Part shown: piece after piece, positions 29,935 through 39,952 of the stretch | Numbering within the stretch: position 1 is the stretch's first letter | Layout: the number at the start of each line of letters is the position of its first letter | Assembly: GCA_947625055.1 (NCBI GenBank) | Contig: CANQMT010000009.1 | Span: 12,750 to 76,749 of the forward strand | Length of the DNA: 64,000 bases | Reading direction: 5' to 3' | Source of the DNA: an uncultured Monoglobus sp. | GTDB lineage: Bacteria; Bacillota; Clostridia; Monoglobales; Monoglobaceae | Position numbers and translations under genes: made by a program | Notes under the pieces: model-generated | Told to the model about the DNA's origin: nothing | Databases searched by the model: none | Seen by the model: only the letters and a program-made list of their open reading frames with translations

Positions 29935-32181
29935 ATGGCGAGAAAAAAAGCGAAAAAGAAGACGGGAACAAACGGCAGGCTGATATTTATTGCCGCCGTC
30001 TTTGCGTTTCTCATGGCCGCGCTCTGTCTGCGGGTCGGATGGATCCAGATAGTCCGCGGCAGAGATCTGTCGCGGCAGGCTCTTGACCAGCAGACAAGCG
30101 ACAACACTGTCAGCGCCAAGAGGGGGAACATATACGACAGAAATTATAAGATCCTGGCCTCAAACATAACGGTTGAGTCAATAAGCATCAGCCCCGAAAT
30201 GGTCAGATCTTCGATCGAGGATAAAGGCCTCGGCATTGATTTGGTCGCAAAGAGCATAGCGGATATTTTAGGCATGGATATGGAGACCGTTAAGGACAAA
30301 ATTTCCAAAAATGTCCAGAGCGAGAGTCTGAAAAAGAAGGTGGACAAAGAAACCGCCGACGCCCTTAGGGAGTATGTCGATTCCGTTGATCTCAGCGGAG
30401 TGGTCTTCACAGAGGATGTTAAGAGGTATTATCCGTACAATAATTTTGCCGCGCAGGTAATAGGCTTCTGCGGCACCGACAATCAGGGCCTTGAGGGGAT
30501 CGAGAGCATTTACGACGACGAGCTCAGCGGCGTTCCGGGCAGAGTCGTTTCGGCTCAGCAATCGACCGGCCTTGAGGGCAACAGCGGATACGAGAACTAC
30601 ATTGCCGCCCAGGACGGCAACAGCGTTGTGCTTACCATAGACGAGACGATCCAGAACTACGCGCAGAAAAATCTTGAGGCCGCGGCAGCCGACAACAATC
30701 TGGCGGAAGGCGCGGCGGCGATAGTCATGGACGTTAATACCGGCGAGATCCTGGCTATGTGCACCGAGCCGGATTACAATCTTAACGAGCCTTTTGAGAT
30801 AACCGACCCCATAAGAGAAAAATATCCCGATATTGACGAGGAGCTTGAAAAGCTTGACGGCGTGGAGTATAATGAAAAGCTGGGCGAGGTGATGCAGACC
30901 GTAAGGCGCAACAAAGCCGTTGTGGATTCCTATGAGCCGGGCTCGACATTTAAGTCGGTCACGGCGTCGGTTGCGCTGGACACCAGAGCCTGTTCGCTGA
31001 CCGACACGTTTACCTGCGGAGGTTCCTATCAGGTCGCGGACAGAAGCATAAGCTGCGCCAATCATTCCGGCCACGGGACACAGGATTTCGCGCAGGCCGT
31101 GCAGAATTCCTGCAACCCCGCCTTTATTCAGATAGGCCAGAAAATAGGTAAGAAGCGATTTGTTGAGGGCGTCAGGGCTTTCGGGTTCCTGAGCAAAACG
31201 GGAATTGAGATCCCCGGCGAGACCGCCGGAATGGGTTATGACGAGAATATGAGCGACGTTGACCTTGCCACCGAGTCGTTCGGACAGTCGATAACCGTAA
31301 CGCCGCTTCAGATGGCGGCTGCCGTGAGCGCGGTCGCGAACGGCGGAACTCTTATGAAGCCGCATATTGTAAAACAGATAGTGAACTCGGATATGGGAAT
31401 TGTTGAAAGCACCGAGCCCGAAGTGGTCAGGCAGGTTATATCCAAAGAAACCAGCAAGGAAATGTGCAAAATTCTTGAGTCGGTCGTTTCCGAGGGCGGC
31501 GGCAAAAACGCTTATCTCGCGGGCTACAGAATAGCGGGAAAGACCGGAACATCGGAGAAAATCCCGAGAGGCAACGGCAAATATATCGCCTCGTTCATCG
31601 GATTTGCTCCGGCTGATGATCCCAAGGTGCTCTGCCTTGTGATCCTTGACGAGCCGAACGGAGACTCGTATTACGGCGGACAGATCGCCGCGCCCGTGGT
31701 AAGAGACATTCTGGGTGAGACGCTCCAGTATCTGGGAGTTGAACCCATGTATAATTCCGATGAGGAGGAATATATTGACGTTGAGGTCCCGGATGTGACC
31801 GGCATGACTGACGTGGAAGCGGGCATCGCTCTTGACGAGAGCGGCCTTAAAGTCAAGGTAAGCGGAAGCGGCGGCACTGTTACTGACCAGATACCCAAGG
31901 CGCACACAAAAGTGACACAGGGCAGCACTATCGTTGTCTATACCGAGGGCGGCGGGGCCGAGAGGACTGTGGCGGTTCCGAACGTTGTGGGTGAAACGCC
32001 GGCGTCCGCCAACACGACTCTTGAGGACAACGGACTCAACGCGCGCATCAAAGGCGTCTCGAAATACGGCAAAAACGCAACGTGTATAGGTCAGTCACCG
32101 GTAGAGGGAACAATGGTCGAACCGGGCACTGTCGTGACGCTGAGCTTCAGGTATGACGAGTCGGAAACTACCAACGATTAA
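29935..32181 (+). CDS. Class B penicillin-binding protein (FtsI/SpoVD-like) with two PASTA domains
   Basis: KRGNIYDRN, YEPGSTFK (SxxK), SCN (SxN), KTGT, and VPDVTGM / VPNVVGE PASTA repeats. Confidence 0.95.
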   Translation: MARKKAKKKTGTNGRLIFIAAVFAFLMAALCLRVGWIQIVRGRDLSRQALDQQTSDNTVSAKRGNIYDRNYKILASNITVESISISPEMVRSSIEDKGLGIDLVAKSIADILGMDMETVKDKISKNVQSESLKKKVDKETADALREYVDSVDLSGVVFTEDVKRYYPYNNFAAQVIGFCGTDNQGLEGIESIYDDELSGVPGRVVSAQQSTGLEGNSGYENYIAAQDGNSVVLTIDETIQNYAQKNLEAAAADNNLAEGAAAIVMDVNTGEILAMCTEPDYNLNEPFEITDPIREKYPDIDEELEKLDGVEYNEKLGEVMQTVRRNKAVVDSYEPGSTFKSVTASVALDTRACSLTDTFTCGGSYQVADRSISCANHSGHGTQDFAQAVQNSCNPAFIQIGQKIGKKRFVEGVRAFGFLSKTGIEIPGETAGMGYDENMSDVDLATESFGQSITVTPLQMAAAVSAVANGGTLMKPHIVKQIVNSDMGIVESTEPEVVRQVISKETSKEMCKILESVVSEGGGKNAYLAGYRIAGKTGTSEKIPRGNGKYIASFIGFAPADDPKVLCLVILDEPNGDSYYGGQIAAPVVRDILGETLQYLGVEPMYNSDEEEYIDVEVPDVTGMTDVEAGIALDESGLKVKVSGSGGTVTDQIPKAHTKVTQGSTIVVYTEGGGAERTVAVPNVVGETPASANTTLEDNGLNARIKGVSKYGKNATCIGQSPVEGTMVEPGTVVTLSFRYDESETTND

Positions 32182-32217
32182 TATATTTCCAAAGATAAAA
32201 TAAAGGGGGTTAAATCT

Positions 32218-33663
32218 GTGACAGTATCGGATTTGCTTAAAAATGTAAATGTGAAAAAATATTCCGGCGGCGGAGGAATAAAAATCAGCGGCATCGCCTA
32301 TGATTCACGCAAGGTCAAGCCGGGATATCTGTTTGTCTGCATAACCGGCTTTTCGGTCGACGGACACAAATTCGCCAAGGCCGCGGTCGAGAGCGGCGCG
32401 GTGGCTGTGGTCGCCGAGCATGATTTGCCGACGGTGGATGTGCCGTGCGTGATCGTTGAAAACACCCGCAAGGCTATGGGAGAGATCGCCGCGGCATGGT
32501 ATGATTATCCGTACAAGAAATTTAATCTCATCGGAATAACCGGAACAAACGGAAAGACCACCACGACATATCTTATAAAGGCTATTCTGGAGCATATGGG
32601 CAAAAAAGTCGGCTTGATCGGGACCAATCAGAACATGATAGGGGACATGATCATTCCGACGGCCAGGACGACGCCCGACTCGCTGGAGCTTATGGAGCTT
32701 TTCAACGAGATCGCGAGCCACAATGTTGACTACGTTGTCATGGAGGTCTCGTCACACGCCCTCGCGCTTGACCGCGTGACGGTCTGTGAGTTTGACGTGG
32801 GGGCGTTCACCAATTTAACGCAGGATCATCTTGACTTCCACAAAACTATGGAGGAATATCTCGCCGCCAAAAGCATACTCTTTAACATCTGCAAAATCGG
32901 AGTTATAAACGCCGATGACAGCGGAAGCAAATTTTTGCTTGAAAACCGGAAATGCGAAAAGGTGATAACCTACGGCGTCAATAGCGACTGCGACCTTAAA
33001 GCGGAAAATATAGAGCTGCATGACAGCGGGGTCAATTTTGACATAAGTTTTCGCGGCGAAAGCGGCAGAGTGGAACTGGCGATACCGGGAATGTTTTCGG
33101 TGTACAACGCCATGACCGCCATAGGCTGCTGCCTGGCCGACGGGATCTCTCTTAAAGACGCGGTGGACGGGATACACACGGCCCACGGGGTTAAGGGAAG
33201 GATAGAAATAGTAAAAACTCCCGGCACGGACTATACGGTAATTATTGACTATGCCCACACGCCGGACGGACTTTTGAACGTTATCAGCGCCATTCGGGAT
33301 TTCGCCAAGGGCAGGATAGTGACGTTGTTCGGCTGCGGCGGCGACCGTGACGCCGGTAAACGTCCGAAGATGGGAAAGATCGCGGGAGAGCTTTCCGATT
33401 TTTGCATTGTCACCAGCGACAATCCGCGCACCGAGGATCCCGATAAGATAATCGAGCAGGTTGTCGAAGGCGTGAAAGAGACCGACTGCGAGTATGTTGT
33501 TATCACAAACAGATTCGAGGCAATAGAATACGCTCTTGACCACGCTCGGAAAGATGATATAATATTGCTGGCGGGCAAGGGACACGAGACATATCAGATC
33601 TTGGGGACAGACACGATAAAGTTCGACGAGCGCGAGATCGTGACAAAGCTGCTCGGCTGCTGA
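32218..33663 (+). CDS. murE: UDP-MurNAc-tripeptide synthetase (meso-DAP type)
   Basis: GITGTNGKTT, TTPD, MEVSSH, DYAHTPD, FGCGGDRD and DNPR (DAP-recognition motif). Confidence 0.97.
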   Translation: MTVSDLLKNVNVKKYSGGGGIKISGIAYDSRKVKPGYLFVCITGFSVDGHKFAKAAVESGAVAVVAEHDLPTVDVPCVIVENTRKAMGEIAAAWYDYPYKKFNLIGITGTNGKTTTTYLIKAILEHMGKKVGLIGTNQNMIGDMIIPTARTTPDSLELMELFNEIASHNVDYVVMEVSSHALALDRVTVCEFDVGAFTNLTQDHLDFHKTMEEYLAAKSILFNICKIGVINADDSGSKFLLENRKCEKVITYGVNSDCDLKAENIELHDSGVNFDISFRGESGRVELAIPGMFSVYNAMTAIGCCLADGISLKDAVDGIHTAHGVKGRIEIVKTPGTDYTVIIDYAHTPDGLLNVISAIRDFAKGRIVTLFGCGGDRDAGKRPKMGKIAGELSDFCIVTSDNPRTEDPDKIIEQVVEGVKETDCEYVVITNRFEAIEYALDHARKDDIILLAGKGHETYQILGTDTIKFDEREIVTKLLGC

Positions 33664-33689
33664 GCAGGGATAAGTTAGGAGAGAGTTTC

Positions 33690-35099
33690 ATGAAATGGTG
33701 TATCAATATAAACGCCTTGGCAAAGGCGGTAGGAGGGGAGATCCGCAATCTTAGCGGTGACGAAATAGTAAAAAACGTGGTGAGAGACAATCGCGAGGTT
33801 GACGAGGGCGCGGTTTTTGTCGCTCTGCGGGGCGAGAATAACAACGGCCATAGGTTTGCCGGCGACGCGGTGGAGCGCGGCGCGGTTTGCTGCGTGGTAG
33901 ACAAGAGCGAGGGCGATTTCGGATCCCTGCCCGTGGTGGCGGTGGACGATACCTTTAAGGCCCTGCTCGACATAGGCGCGTATTACCGCGACCAGTTCAA
34001 CATTCCGATCGTAGGGATAACCGGCAGCGTCGGAAAGACCTCTACCAAAGGCATGATAGCATCGGTCCTGAGCCGGGAGTACAACACGCTCAAAACCGAA
34101 AAGAATTATAATAATGAGATAGGAGTTCCGCTGACGCTGCTCAGACTGAATGACGACCATGAGGCTGCCGTCGTTGAAATGGGAATGAACCACTTCGGCG
34201 AGATCTCGAGGCTGACGCGGGTAGTGCGTCCGGACACCGCCGTTATTACAAATATCGGTATATCACATATTGAAAATCTTGGGACGCGCGAAGGAATATT
34301 AAAGGCCAAGCTTGAGATACTTGAAGGCCTGCCCTCGGACGGGACCGTGATATTAAACGGCGACAATGACCTTCTCTGGTCAAAAAACGGTGAGCTGGAT
34401 TTTGAGACGCTTTATTACGGGATCGAAAACAAGGCCTGCGACGTTTCCGCCACGGACATAAAACTATATTCCACGGGAAGCGAGTTCACGGTTCGGCTGG
34501 ACGGACAGGATTACAGATTTGAAACAAACGTGCCCGGGATACATCATATTTACAATGCTCTGGCCGCTATTTTGGTAGGGTGCCGATACAATGTCAGACC
34601 CGAAAAAATGATAAAGGGCGTCCGCGCCTTTGAGCCGGAGAACAACCGTCAGGAAACAATAGAATATGACAGATTTACCGTGATCAACGACTGCTATAAC
34701 GCCTGTCCCGACTCGATGAGATCCGGAATAAGCGTACTTGAGCTCAAAGCTGTTTCGGACAGCGGCGGACACGCACGCAAGGTGGCGTTCCTCGGCGATA
34801 TGCTGGAACTTGGAGACAAAGCGCCCGAAGCCCACTATGATGTGGGACGCATGTGCGCCGAAAAGCTCGACTGCCTGGTTACGATAGGAGAAATGGCTGA
34901 AAATATCGCGCGCGGCGCGATTGACGGCGGAATGAACCCGAGCGATATACACAGTTTCGCTTCCGGAGCGGAGGCTGCTCAAAAGCTCGGAATAATCGTA
35001 AGAGACGGAGACATTATATGGATCAAGGGATCCCACGGCATGCATCTTGAGGTGATAGCCGAGGCGCTTGACGGCATGGCGGAAAGACGGCGGAGTTAA
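33690..35099 (+). CDS. murF: UDP-MurNAc-pentapeptide synthetase
   Basis: GITGSVGKTSTK, NNEIGVPLT, EMGMNHFGEI, INDCYNA, LGDMLELG and KGSHG. Confidence 0.97.
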   Translation: MKWCININALAKAVGGEIRNLSGDEIVKNVVRDNREVDEGAVFVALRGENNNGHRFAGDAVERGAVCCVVDKSEGDFGSLPVVAVDDTFKALLDIGAYYRDQFNIPIVGITGSVGKTSTKGMIASVLSREYNTLKTEKNYNNEIGVPLTLLRLNDDHEAAVVEMGMNHFGEISRLTRVVRPDTAVITNIGISHIENLGTREGILKAKLEILEGLPSDGTVILNGDNDLLWSKNGELDFETLYYGIENKACDVSATDIKLYSTGSEFTVRLDGQDYRFETNVPGIHHIYNALAAILVGCRYNVRPEKMIKGVRAFEPENNRQETIEYDRFTVINDCYNACPDSMRSGISVLELKAVSDSGGHARKVAFLGDMLELGDKAPEAHYDVGRMCAEKLDCLVTIGEMAENIARGAIDGGMNPSDIHSFASGAEAAQKLGIIVRDGDIIWIKGSHGMHLEVIAEALDGMAERRRS

Positions 35100-35130
35100 A
35101 CCCGCTGCGCGGCACGGCCGAAAAATATAA

Positions 35131-36126
35131 TTGATGGGAGAGAGACGTATGTATTATATTGTTGGAGGCTTAATAGCGTTTATTTTGTCGCTCAGCCTGG
35201 GAATGTGCATAATCCCGATGCTGAGACGGCTCAAGTTCGGGCAGGAGATCAGAGAGATCGGTCCGGCTTGGCACGCGAGCAAAGCCGGGACACCGACCAT
35301 GGGCGGCATAATATTTATTGCCGCGTCGGCGGCGTCGCTTATCATCACATGTGTTTGGGGCCTGATCGCCGGGAAAAACAGCGGCGGATCTGTCGATCTT
35401 CTGATCGTTGTGCTGCTGTCGCTGGCGTTTGGAGTTATCGGATTTATTGACGATTATATAAAAGTTGTGAAAAAACGGAACCTGGGCCTGACCGCAGTGC
35501 AGAAATTCGGGTTTCAGTTTATCGCGGCGCTGATATTCGCCACTTTTGTCGCGCTGTTCAGCGATGCGGGAACGGTGATAGACCTTCCTTTTACAAAGAC
35601 TGACATCAATCTTAGCTGGTTGTACATACCGTTCATAATATTTGTTATGCTGGGCACGGTTAACAGCGTTAACCTTACCGACGGCCTTGACGGACTTGCG
35701 GCGACAGTGACTTTTGTCGTTATGCTGTTTTACGTTTTGACGTCGATCAAGCTCGGAAACAGCGCTATGGCGTTGTTCGCGGCTGTTTTGGCGGGCGCTC
35801 TGGCGGGATTTTTGTTCTACAATCACAAGCCCGCGAAGGTGTTTATGGGCGATACCGGCTCGCTGTTCCTTGGAGGCGCGGTTTGCGGCCTGGCTATAAT
35901 TCTGGGTCAGCCCATAACTCTTTTGATCGTGGGCCTGATCTATGTGATCGAGACGTTGTCGGTCATAATGCAGGTGACGTCATACAAACTCACAGGCAAG
36001 CGCATATTCAAAATGTCGCCCATTCATCACCACTTTGAGATGTGCGGCTGGGGCGAGGTTAAGATCGTCTGCGTGTTCTCGCTTATTACTCTCGCGCTTT
36101 GCGCGGTTATGTACTTCTTCGGTTAA
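35131..36126 (+). CDS. mraY: Phospho-MurNAc-pentapeptide transferase
   Basis: GTPTMGG, IGFIDDY, NSVNLTDGLDGL, VFMGDTGSL and MSPIHHHFE. The start may be ATG 35149. Confidence 0.97.
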   Translation: MMGERRMYYIVGGLIAFILSLSLGMCIIPMLRRLKFGQEIREIGPAWHASKAGTPTMGGIIFIAASAASLIITCVWGLIAGKNSGGSVDLLIVVLLSLAFGVIGFIDDYIKVVKKRNLGLTAVQKFGFQFIAALIFATFVALFSDAGTVIDLPFTKTDINLSWLYIPFIIFVMLGTVNSVNLTDGLDGLAATVTFVVMLFYVLTSIKLGNSAMALFAAVLAGALAGFLFYNHKPAKVFMGDTGSLFLGGAVCGLAIILGQPITLLIVGLIYVIETLSVIMQVTSYKLTGKRIFKMSPIHHHFEMCGWGEVKIVCVFSLITLALCAVMYFFG

Positions 36127-36135
36127 GAAGCGGAT

Positions 36136-37455
36136 TTGATTTTGAAACGGCCCTTTCGGGCACGCGAGGTGATTTTATTGGCTGAAAGATACAGCAGCGG
36201 AAATAATTATGACAGAAACGGCGGCCGCCGCCCATCGGGCGGAGCGAGCCGATATTATGCCGATGACCGCGGCGGACGGCGCCGTACCGCGCCGCCGCAG
36301 GATAACAGGACCGCGAGGGTTCGCGTGACGGCGAAAAATTTTCTCAGGATAGGGAACACGAAGGTCCGTCTGGGGGCGTTTGATTATCAATTCTTGATGA
36401 TAACACTTATCCTTGTGGCCTTCGGCATCGTTATGCTCTACAGCGCCAGCAGCTCAAGGGCATACGCGATCCAGGACGGCGACAGCATGTATTTCGTGAA
36501 GCGTCAGATCATTTTCGGCCTCGGCATGGGAGTGCCGCTGATGCTGATTTTTATGTCGGTGGATTATCATATTCTGGCAAAATTCTCGGGCGTGTTTTAC
36601 GGCGTGGGAATATTCCTGCTTATCCTTGTTCTGATACCCGGAGTGGGAACCACGGCCGGAGGCGCAACGAGATGGGTAATGGGTTTTCAGCCTTCGGAGA
36701 TCATGAAGCTCGCGACCATTATAATGGTCGCGTGGTACCTTGACACATATAAGGACAATTTGGGTAAATTCTTCAAAGGATTTTTGCCATGCTTGATGAT
36801 GCTGGCGGCTGTGGCTTTACTGCTGATGCTGGAGCCCCACTTCAGCGCCACCATTCTTATCGTGTTTACCGGAATGCTCATGATGTTCGCTGCCGGTGCG
36901 AAGATCTCTCATTTCGCGGCGCTTAGTGTGCCCGCGCTGCTCGGAGGCATCGTGCTGATCGCAAAATCGCCTTACAGACTGCAGCGAATAGTGGCTTTTC
37001 TTGATCCTTTTGCCGACAAGCAGGGCTCGGGCTGGCAGATAGTGCAGTCGCTTTACGCGATAGGTTCGGGCGGCATTTTCGGCGTGGGATTCGGACAGAG
37101 CCGACAGAAATATATGTCGCTCCCGGAGCCTCACAATGATTTTATCTTCTCGGTCCTTGCCGAGGAGCTGGGCTGGGTCGGAGTGATCGTTGTTATAGCT
37201 CTGTTTGTCTGTCTCATAGTCAGGGGCATAAAGATCGCGCAAAAGGCGCCCGACAGACTCGGCATGCTTATTGTTGTCGGATGCGTAGGCCTGATAGGGG
37301 TCCAGGCGCTGATCAACATTGGTGTTGTCTCGGCGTCGTTCCCGGTCACGGGTATGCCGCTGCCGTTTTTCAGCTACGGCGGCACAGCTTTGGCCGTGAC
37401 TTTGGGTGAGATAGGCATGATACTGAATGTTTCAAGACAGGAAAGGGTGCTGTAG
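36136..37455 (+). CDS. ftsW: FtsW/SpoVE SEDS peptidoglycan polymerase with an Arg/Gly/Tyr-rich N-terminal tail
   Basis: FQPSEIMK, LEPHFS, SGWQIVQS, LPEPHNDFIFSVLAEELG and PFFSYGG. The start may be TTG 36178. Confidence 0.93.
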   Translation: MILKRPFRAREVILLAERYSSGNNYDRNGGRRPSGGASRYYADDRGGRRRTAPPQDNRTARVRVTAKNFLRIGNTKVRLGAFDYQFLMITLILVAFGIVMLYSASSSRAYAIQDGDSMYFVKRQIIFGLGMGVPLMLIFMSVDYHILAKFSGVFYGVGIFLLILVLIPGVGTTAGGATRWVMGFQPSEIMKLATIIMVAWYLDTYKDNLGKFFKGFLPCLMMLAAVALLLMLEPHFSATILIVFTGMLMMFAAGAKISHFAALSVPALLGGIVLIAKSPYRLQRIVAFLDPFADKQGSGWQIVQSLYAIGSGGIFGVGFGQSRQKYMSLPEPHNDFIFSVLAEELGWVGVIVVIALFVCLIVRGIKIAQKAPDRLGMLIVVGCVGLIGVQALINIGVVSASFPVTGMPLPFFSYGGTALAVTLGEIGMILNVSRQERVL

Positions 37456-37458
37456 ATT

Positions 37459-38568
37459 ATGAAGATTTTATTTGCGGGCGGCGGCACGGCGGGACATATC
37501 AATCCTGCCCTTGCCATCGCCAATTATATATGCGAAAAAGAAAAAACCGAGATTGCATTTGTGGGGACGGCCGAGGGGCTCGAGTCGGAGCTTATCCCGC
37601 GCCTCGGCCACAGGCTTTCGCTTATTAAGATCCACGGCTTTGAACGTACGCTGAATCTGCAGAACTTCAAGAATATTTTTGAGCTTCCTGCAAGCTATGC
37701 GGCGTCAAAAAAAATAATCAGGGATTTCGCGCCCGACATAGTGATAGGCACCGGAGGCTATGTATGCGGCCCTGTGCTGCTTGCGGCGGCGAGAATGAAA
37801 ATACCGACGCTTATCCACGAGTCAAACGCCTATCCCGGAGTCACCACGCGGCTGCTTGCCGGAAAGGTCGACACCGTGGCCGTGGGTGCGAAGCCGGCGG
37901 CGGAATATATAAAGTCAGCGAAGCATGTGATATACACCGGCAACCCGGTGCGCCCGTCTATACTTTCGACCGACAGTTTTGATGCGCGCCGCAGATTAAA
38001 ACTCGATTCCCGCCCATACATCGTGTTCTTCGGCGGAAGCCTGGGCGCGAGAGATTTTAACATGGCGGTGGTCGACTGGATATGCTCCGCCGCGGATAAG
38101 AAGGAATACAAGATAAGAATGGGCACCGGAAAATTGTCCCAGTATGACGCGGTGCTTGCCAGATTTAAAGAGAACGGCCTGAACCTTGAGAATTATCCCG
38201 ATGTCGAGGTCAGCGAGTATATATATGACATGGACGTGGTCATGTCGGCGGCTGACTTGGTGGTGTGCCGCGCGGGAGCCAGCACATTGAGCGAGCTTAC
38301 CGCTCTCGGGAAACCGTCGATCTTGGTGCCGTCTCCGTATGTTACCGCAAATCATCAGGAGCATAACGCCCGTGCCGTGGAAAAAGAGGGCGGCGCGAGG
38401 GTCATTCTCGAAAAAGAACTGACCGCCGAAAAGCTGGGCGGGGTTATCGACGAGCTCGCGCACGATAAAACGAAACTGGCCGAAATGCGGCGCTGCTCCA
38501 AACGCGCCGGGACCACGAAAGCTGTTGAGGAGATATATAACGAGGTAAAGCGTTTGACCGCGAAATAG
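37459..38568 (+). CDS. murG: Undecaprenyl-PP-MurNAc-pentapeptide GlcNAc transferase
   Basis: GGGTAGHINP, GTGGYV, HESN, TGNPVR, RAGAST and HQEHNA. Confidence 0.97.
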   Translation: MKILFAGGGTAGHINPALAIANYICEKEKTEIAFVGTAEGLESELIPRLGHRLSLIKIHGFERTLNLQNFKNIFELPASYAASKKIIRDFAPDIVIGTGGYVCGPVLLAAARMKIPTLIHESNAYPGVTTRLLAGKVDTVAVGAKPAAEYIKSAKHVIYTGNPVRPSILSTDSFDARRRLKLDSRPYIVFFGGSLGARDFNMAVVDWICSAADKKEYKIRMGTGKLSQYDAVLARFKENGLNLENYPDVEVSEYIYDMDVVMSAADLVVCRAGASTLSELTALGKPSILVPSPYVTANHQEHNARAVEKEGGARVILEKELTAEKLGGVIDELAHDKTKLAEMRRCSKRAGTTKAVEEIYNEVKRLTAK

Positions 38569-38654
38569 CGGGTTAATCACAAACCCTTCGGAAAAGCATA
38601 TTATAATCTGTAAAAAGGGATCAAAAATATGCTCGTGAAAACGGAGGGATTTAT

Positions 38655-39926
38655 GTGACAGAGGGTTATTTATCAATCAACGGAAGAAGAAAGCTGTCGG
38701 GGGAGACAAGGGTACAGGGATGCAAAAACGCGGCTTTGCCGTGTCTCGCGGCATGTTTGCTGTGCGAAAAGGGCGAAGCCTGCATCGAAAACTGTCCGCG
38801 TCTGACCGATGTGGAAAACACGGCGCAGATTCTTGAAACGCTCGGCGCGGTGTGCTGCTTTGACGAGAGCGGACACGCGGTCACTGTCAAAGCCGAGAAT
38901 GTGTTCGGCACGGCGATAGACAATGAGATGATGAACAGAATGAGGTCATCTGTGCTTTTTATGGGCGCGCTGCTGTCGCGCACGGGAGAGGCCGATTTAG
39001 GCTATCCCGGAGGCTGCGAGATAGGCTCAAGGCCGATAGACATGCATATAAGAGCCTTCAGGAGCCTTGGCGTGGATATCGAGGAGGAAGGCGGAATAAT
39101 ACGCTGCCGTCTTCGCTCAAAAATCAAGCCCTGCCAAATTTCACTGCTTTGTCCAAGCGTGGGTGCGACCGAAAACATAATGCTGCTCACGGCTAGGTCT
39201 GAGGGCGAGACGGTGATACGCAATGCGGCCCGCGAGCCGGAGATCGTCGATCTGCAGAATTTTTTGAACGCTATGGGCGCGGACATACGCGGAGCCGGAA
39301 GCGATATTATAGTCATAAACGGAGCGCCCAGTCTGAGGGGCGCGGAGTTCAGGATAATGCCCGACAGGATAGCCGCGCTTACATACATGGCCGCGGCGGC
39401 CGCATGCGGAGGAAAAATATTTCTGCGCGGCGTAAATTCGGAACATCTAGCGATCTGCATGTCCGTGCTGCGCGACATGGGTGCGTCGCTCAGACGAGCG
39501 GACGGAGGTCTTACGGTTTCGATGAGCGGTCGGCCAAGGGCGGTCAACATGATAAAAACGCTTTATTATCCCGGCTTTCCGACCGACGCTCAGCCGGCGT
39601 TTATGGCTGCCGCGACCGTCGCCGACGGGACTACAGTGTTTGTGGAGTCGATTTTTGAAAACAGGTTCCGCCACGCTCCCGAGCTTAAAAAACTCGGTGC
39701 GGATATTGATGTCAATATGTGTCAGGCCACCGTCAGGGGTAAAGAGTCGCTGAGCGGGGCGGAGGTCAGAGCATCCGATCTGCGGGGCGGAGCCGCCATG
39801 GTGATCGGGGGACTGATCGCCGACGGTACCACAAGGGTTTACGGCGTTCCCCATATCGAGCGGGGATATGAGAATATAAGCCGAGACTTTTCGGATCTCG
39901 GCGCTGATATAAGAATGATATACTGA
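38655..39926 (+). CDS. murA: UDP-GlcNAc 1-carboxyvinyltransferase
   Basis: KNAALP, PGGCEIGSRPIDMH, SVGATEN, AAREPE, PDRI, YPGFPTD, DLRGGAA and HIERGYE. Confidence 0.95.
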   Translation: MTEGYLSINGRRKLSGETRVQGCKNAALPCLAACLLCEKGEACIENCPRLTDVENTAQILETLGAVCCFDESGHAVTVKAENVFGTAIDNEMMNRMRSSVLFMGALLSRTGEADLGYPGGCEIGSRPIDMHIRAFRSLGVDIEEEGGIIRCRLRSKIKPCQISLLCPSVGATENIMLLTARSEGETVIRNAAREPEIVDLQNFLNAMGADIRGAGSDIIVINGAPSLRGAEFRIMPDRIAALTYMAAAAACGGKIFLRGVNSEHLAICMSVLRDMGASLRRADGGLTVSMSGRPRAVNMIKTLYYPGFPTDAQPAFMAAATVADGTTVFVESIFENRFRHAPELKKLGADIDVNMCQATVRGKESLSGAEVRASDLRGGAAMVIGGLIADGTTRVYGVPHIERGYENISRDFSDLGADIRMIY

Positions 39927-39952
39927 AAAAGCTTAATTATAGGAGAACTGTT

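Noticed and set aside
30268-31905. Long antisense ORFs (also 15815-17167, 8789-9814, 43350-44246, 52776-53648 and others)
   Set aside because: They lie opposite well-conserved genes in GC-rich coding DNA and show no recognisable motifs.
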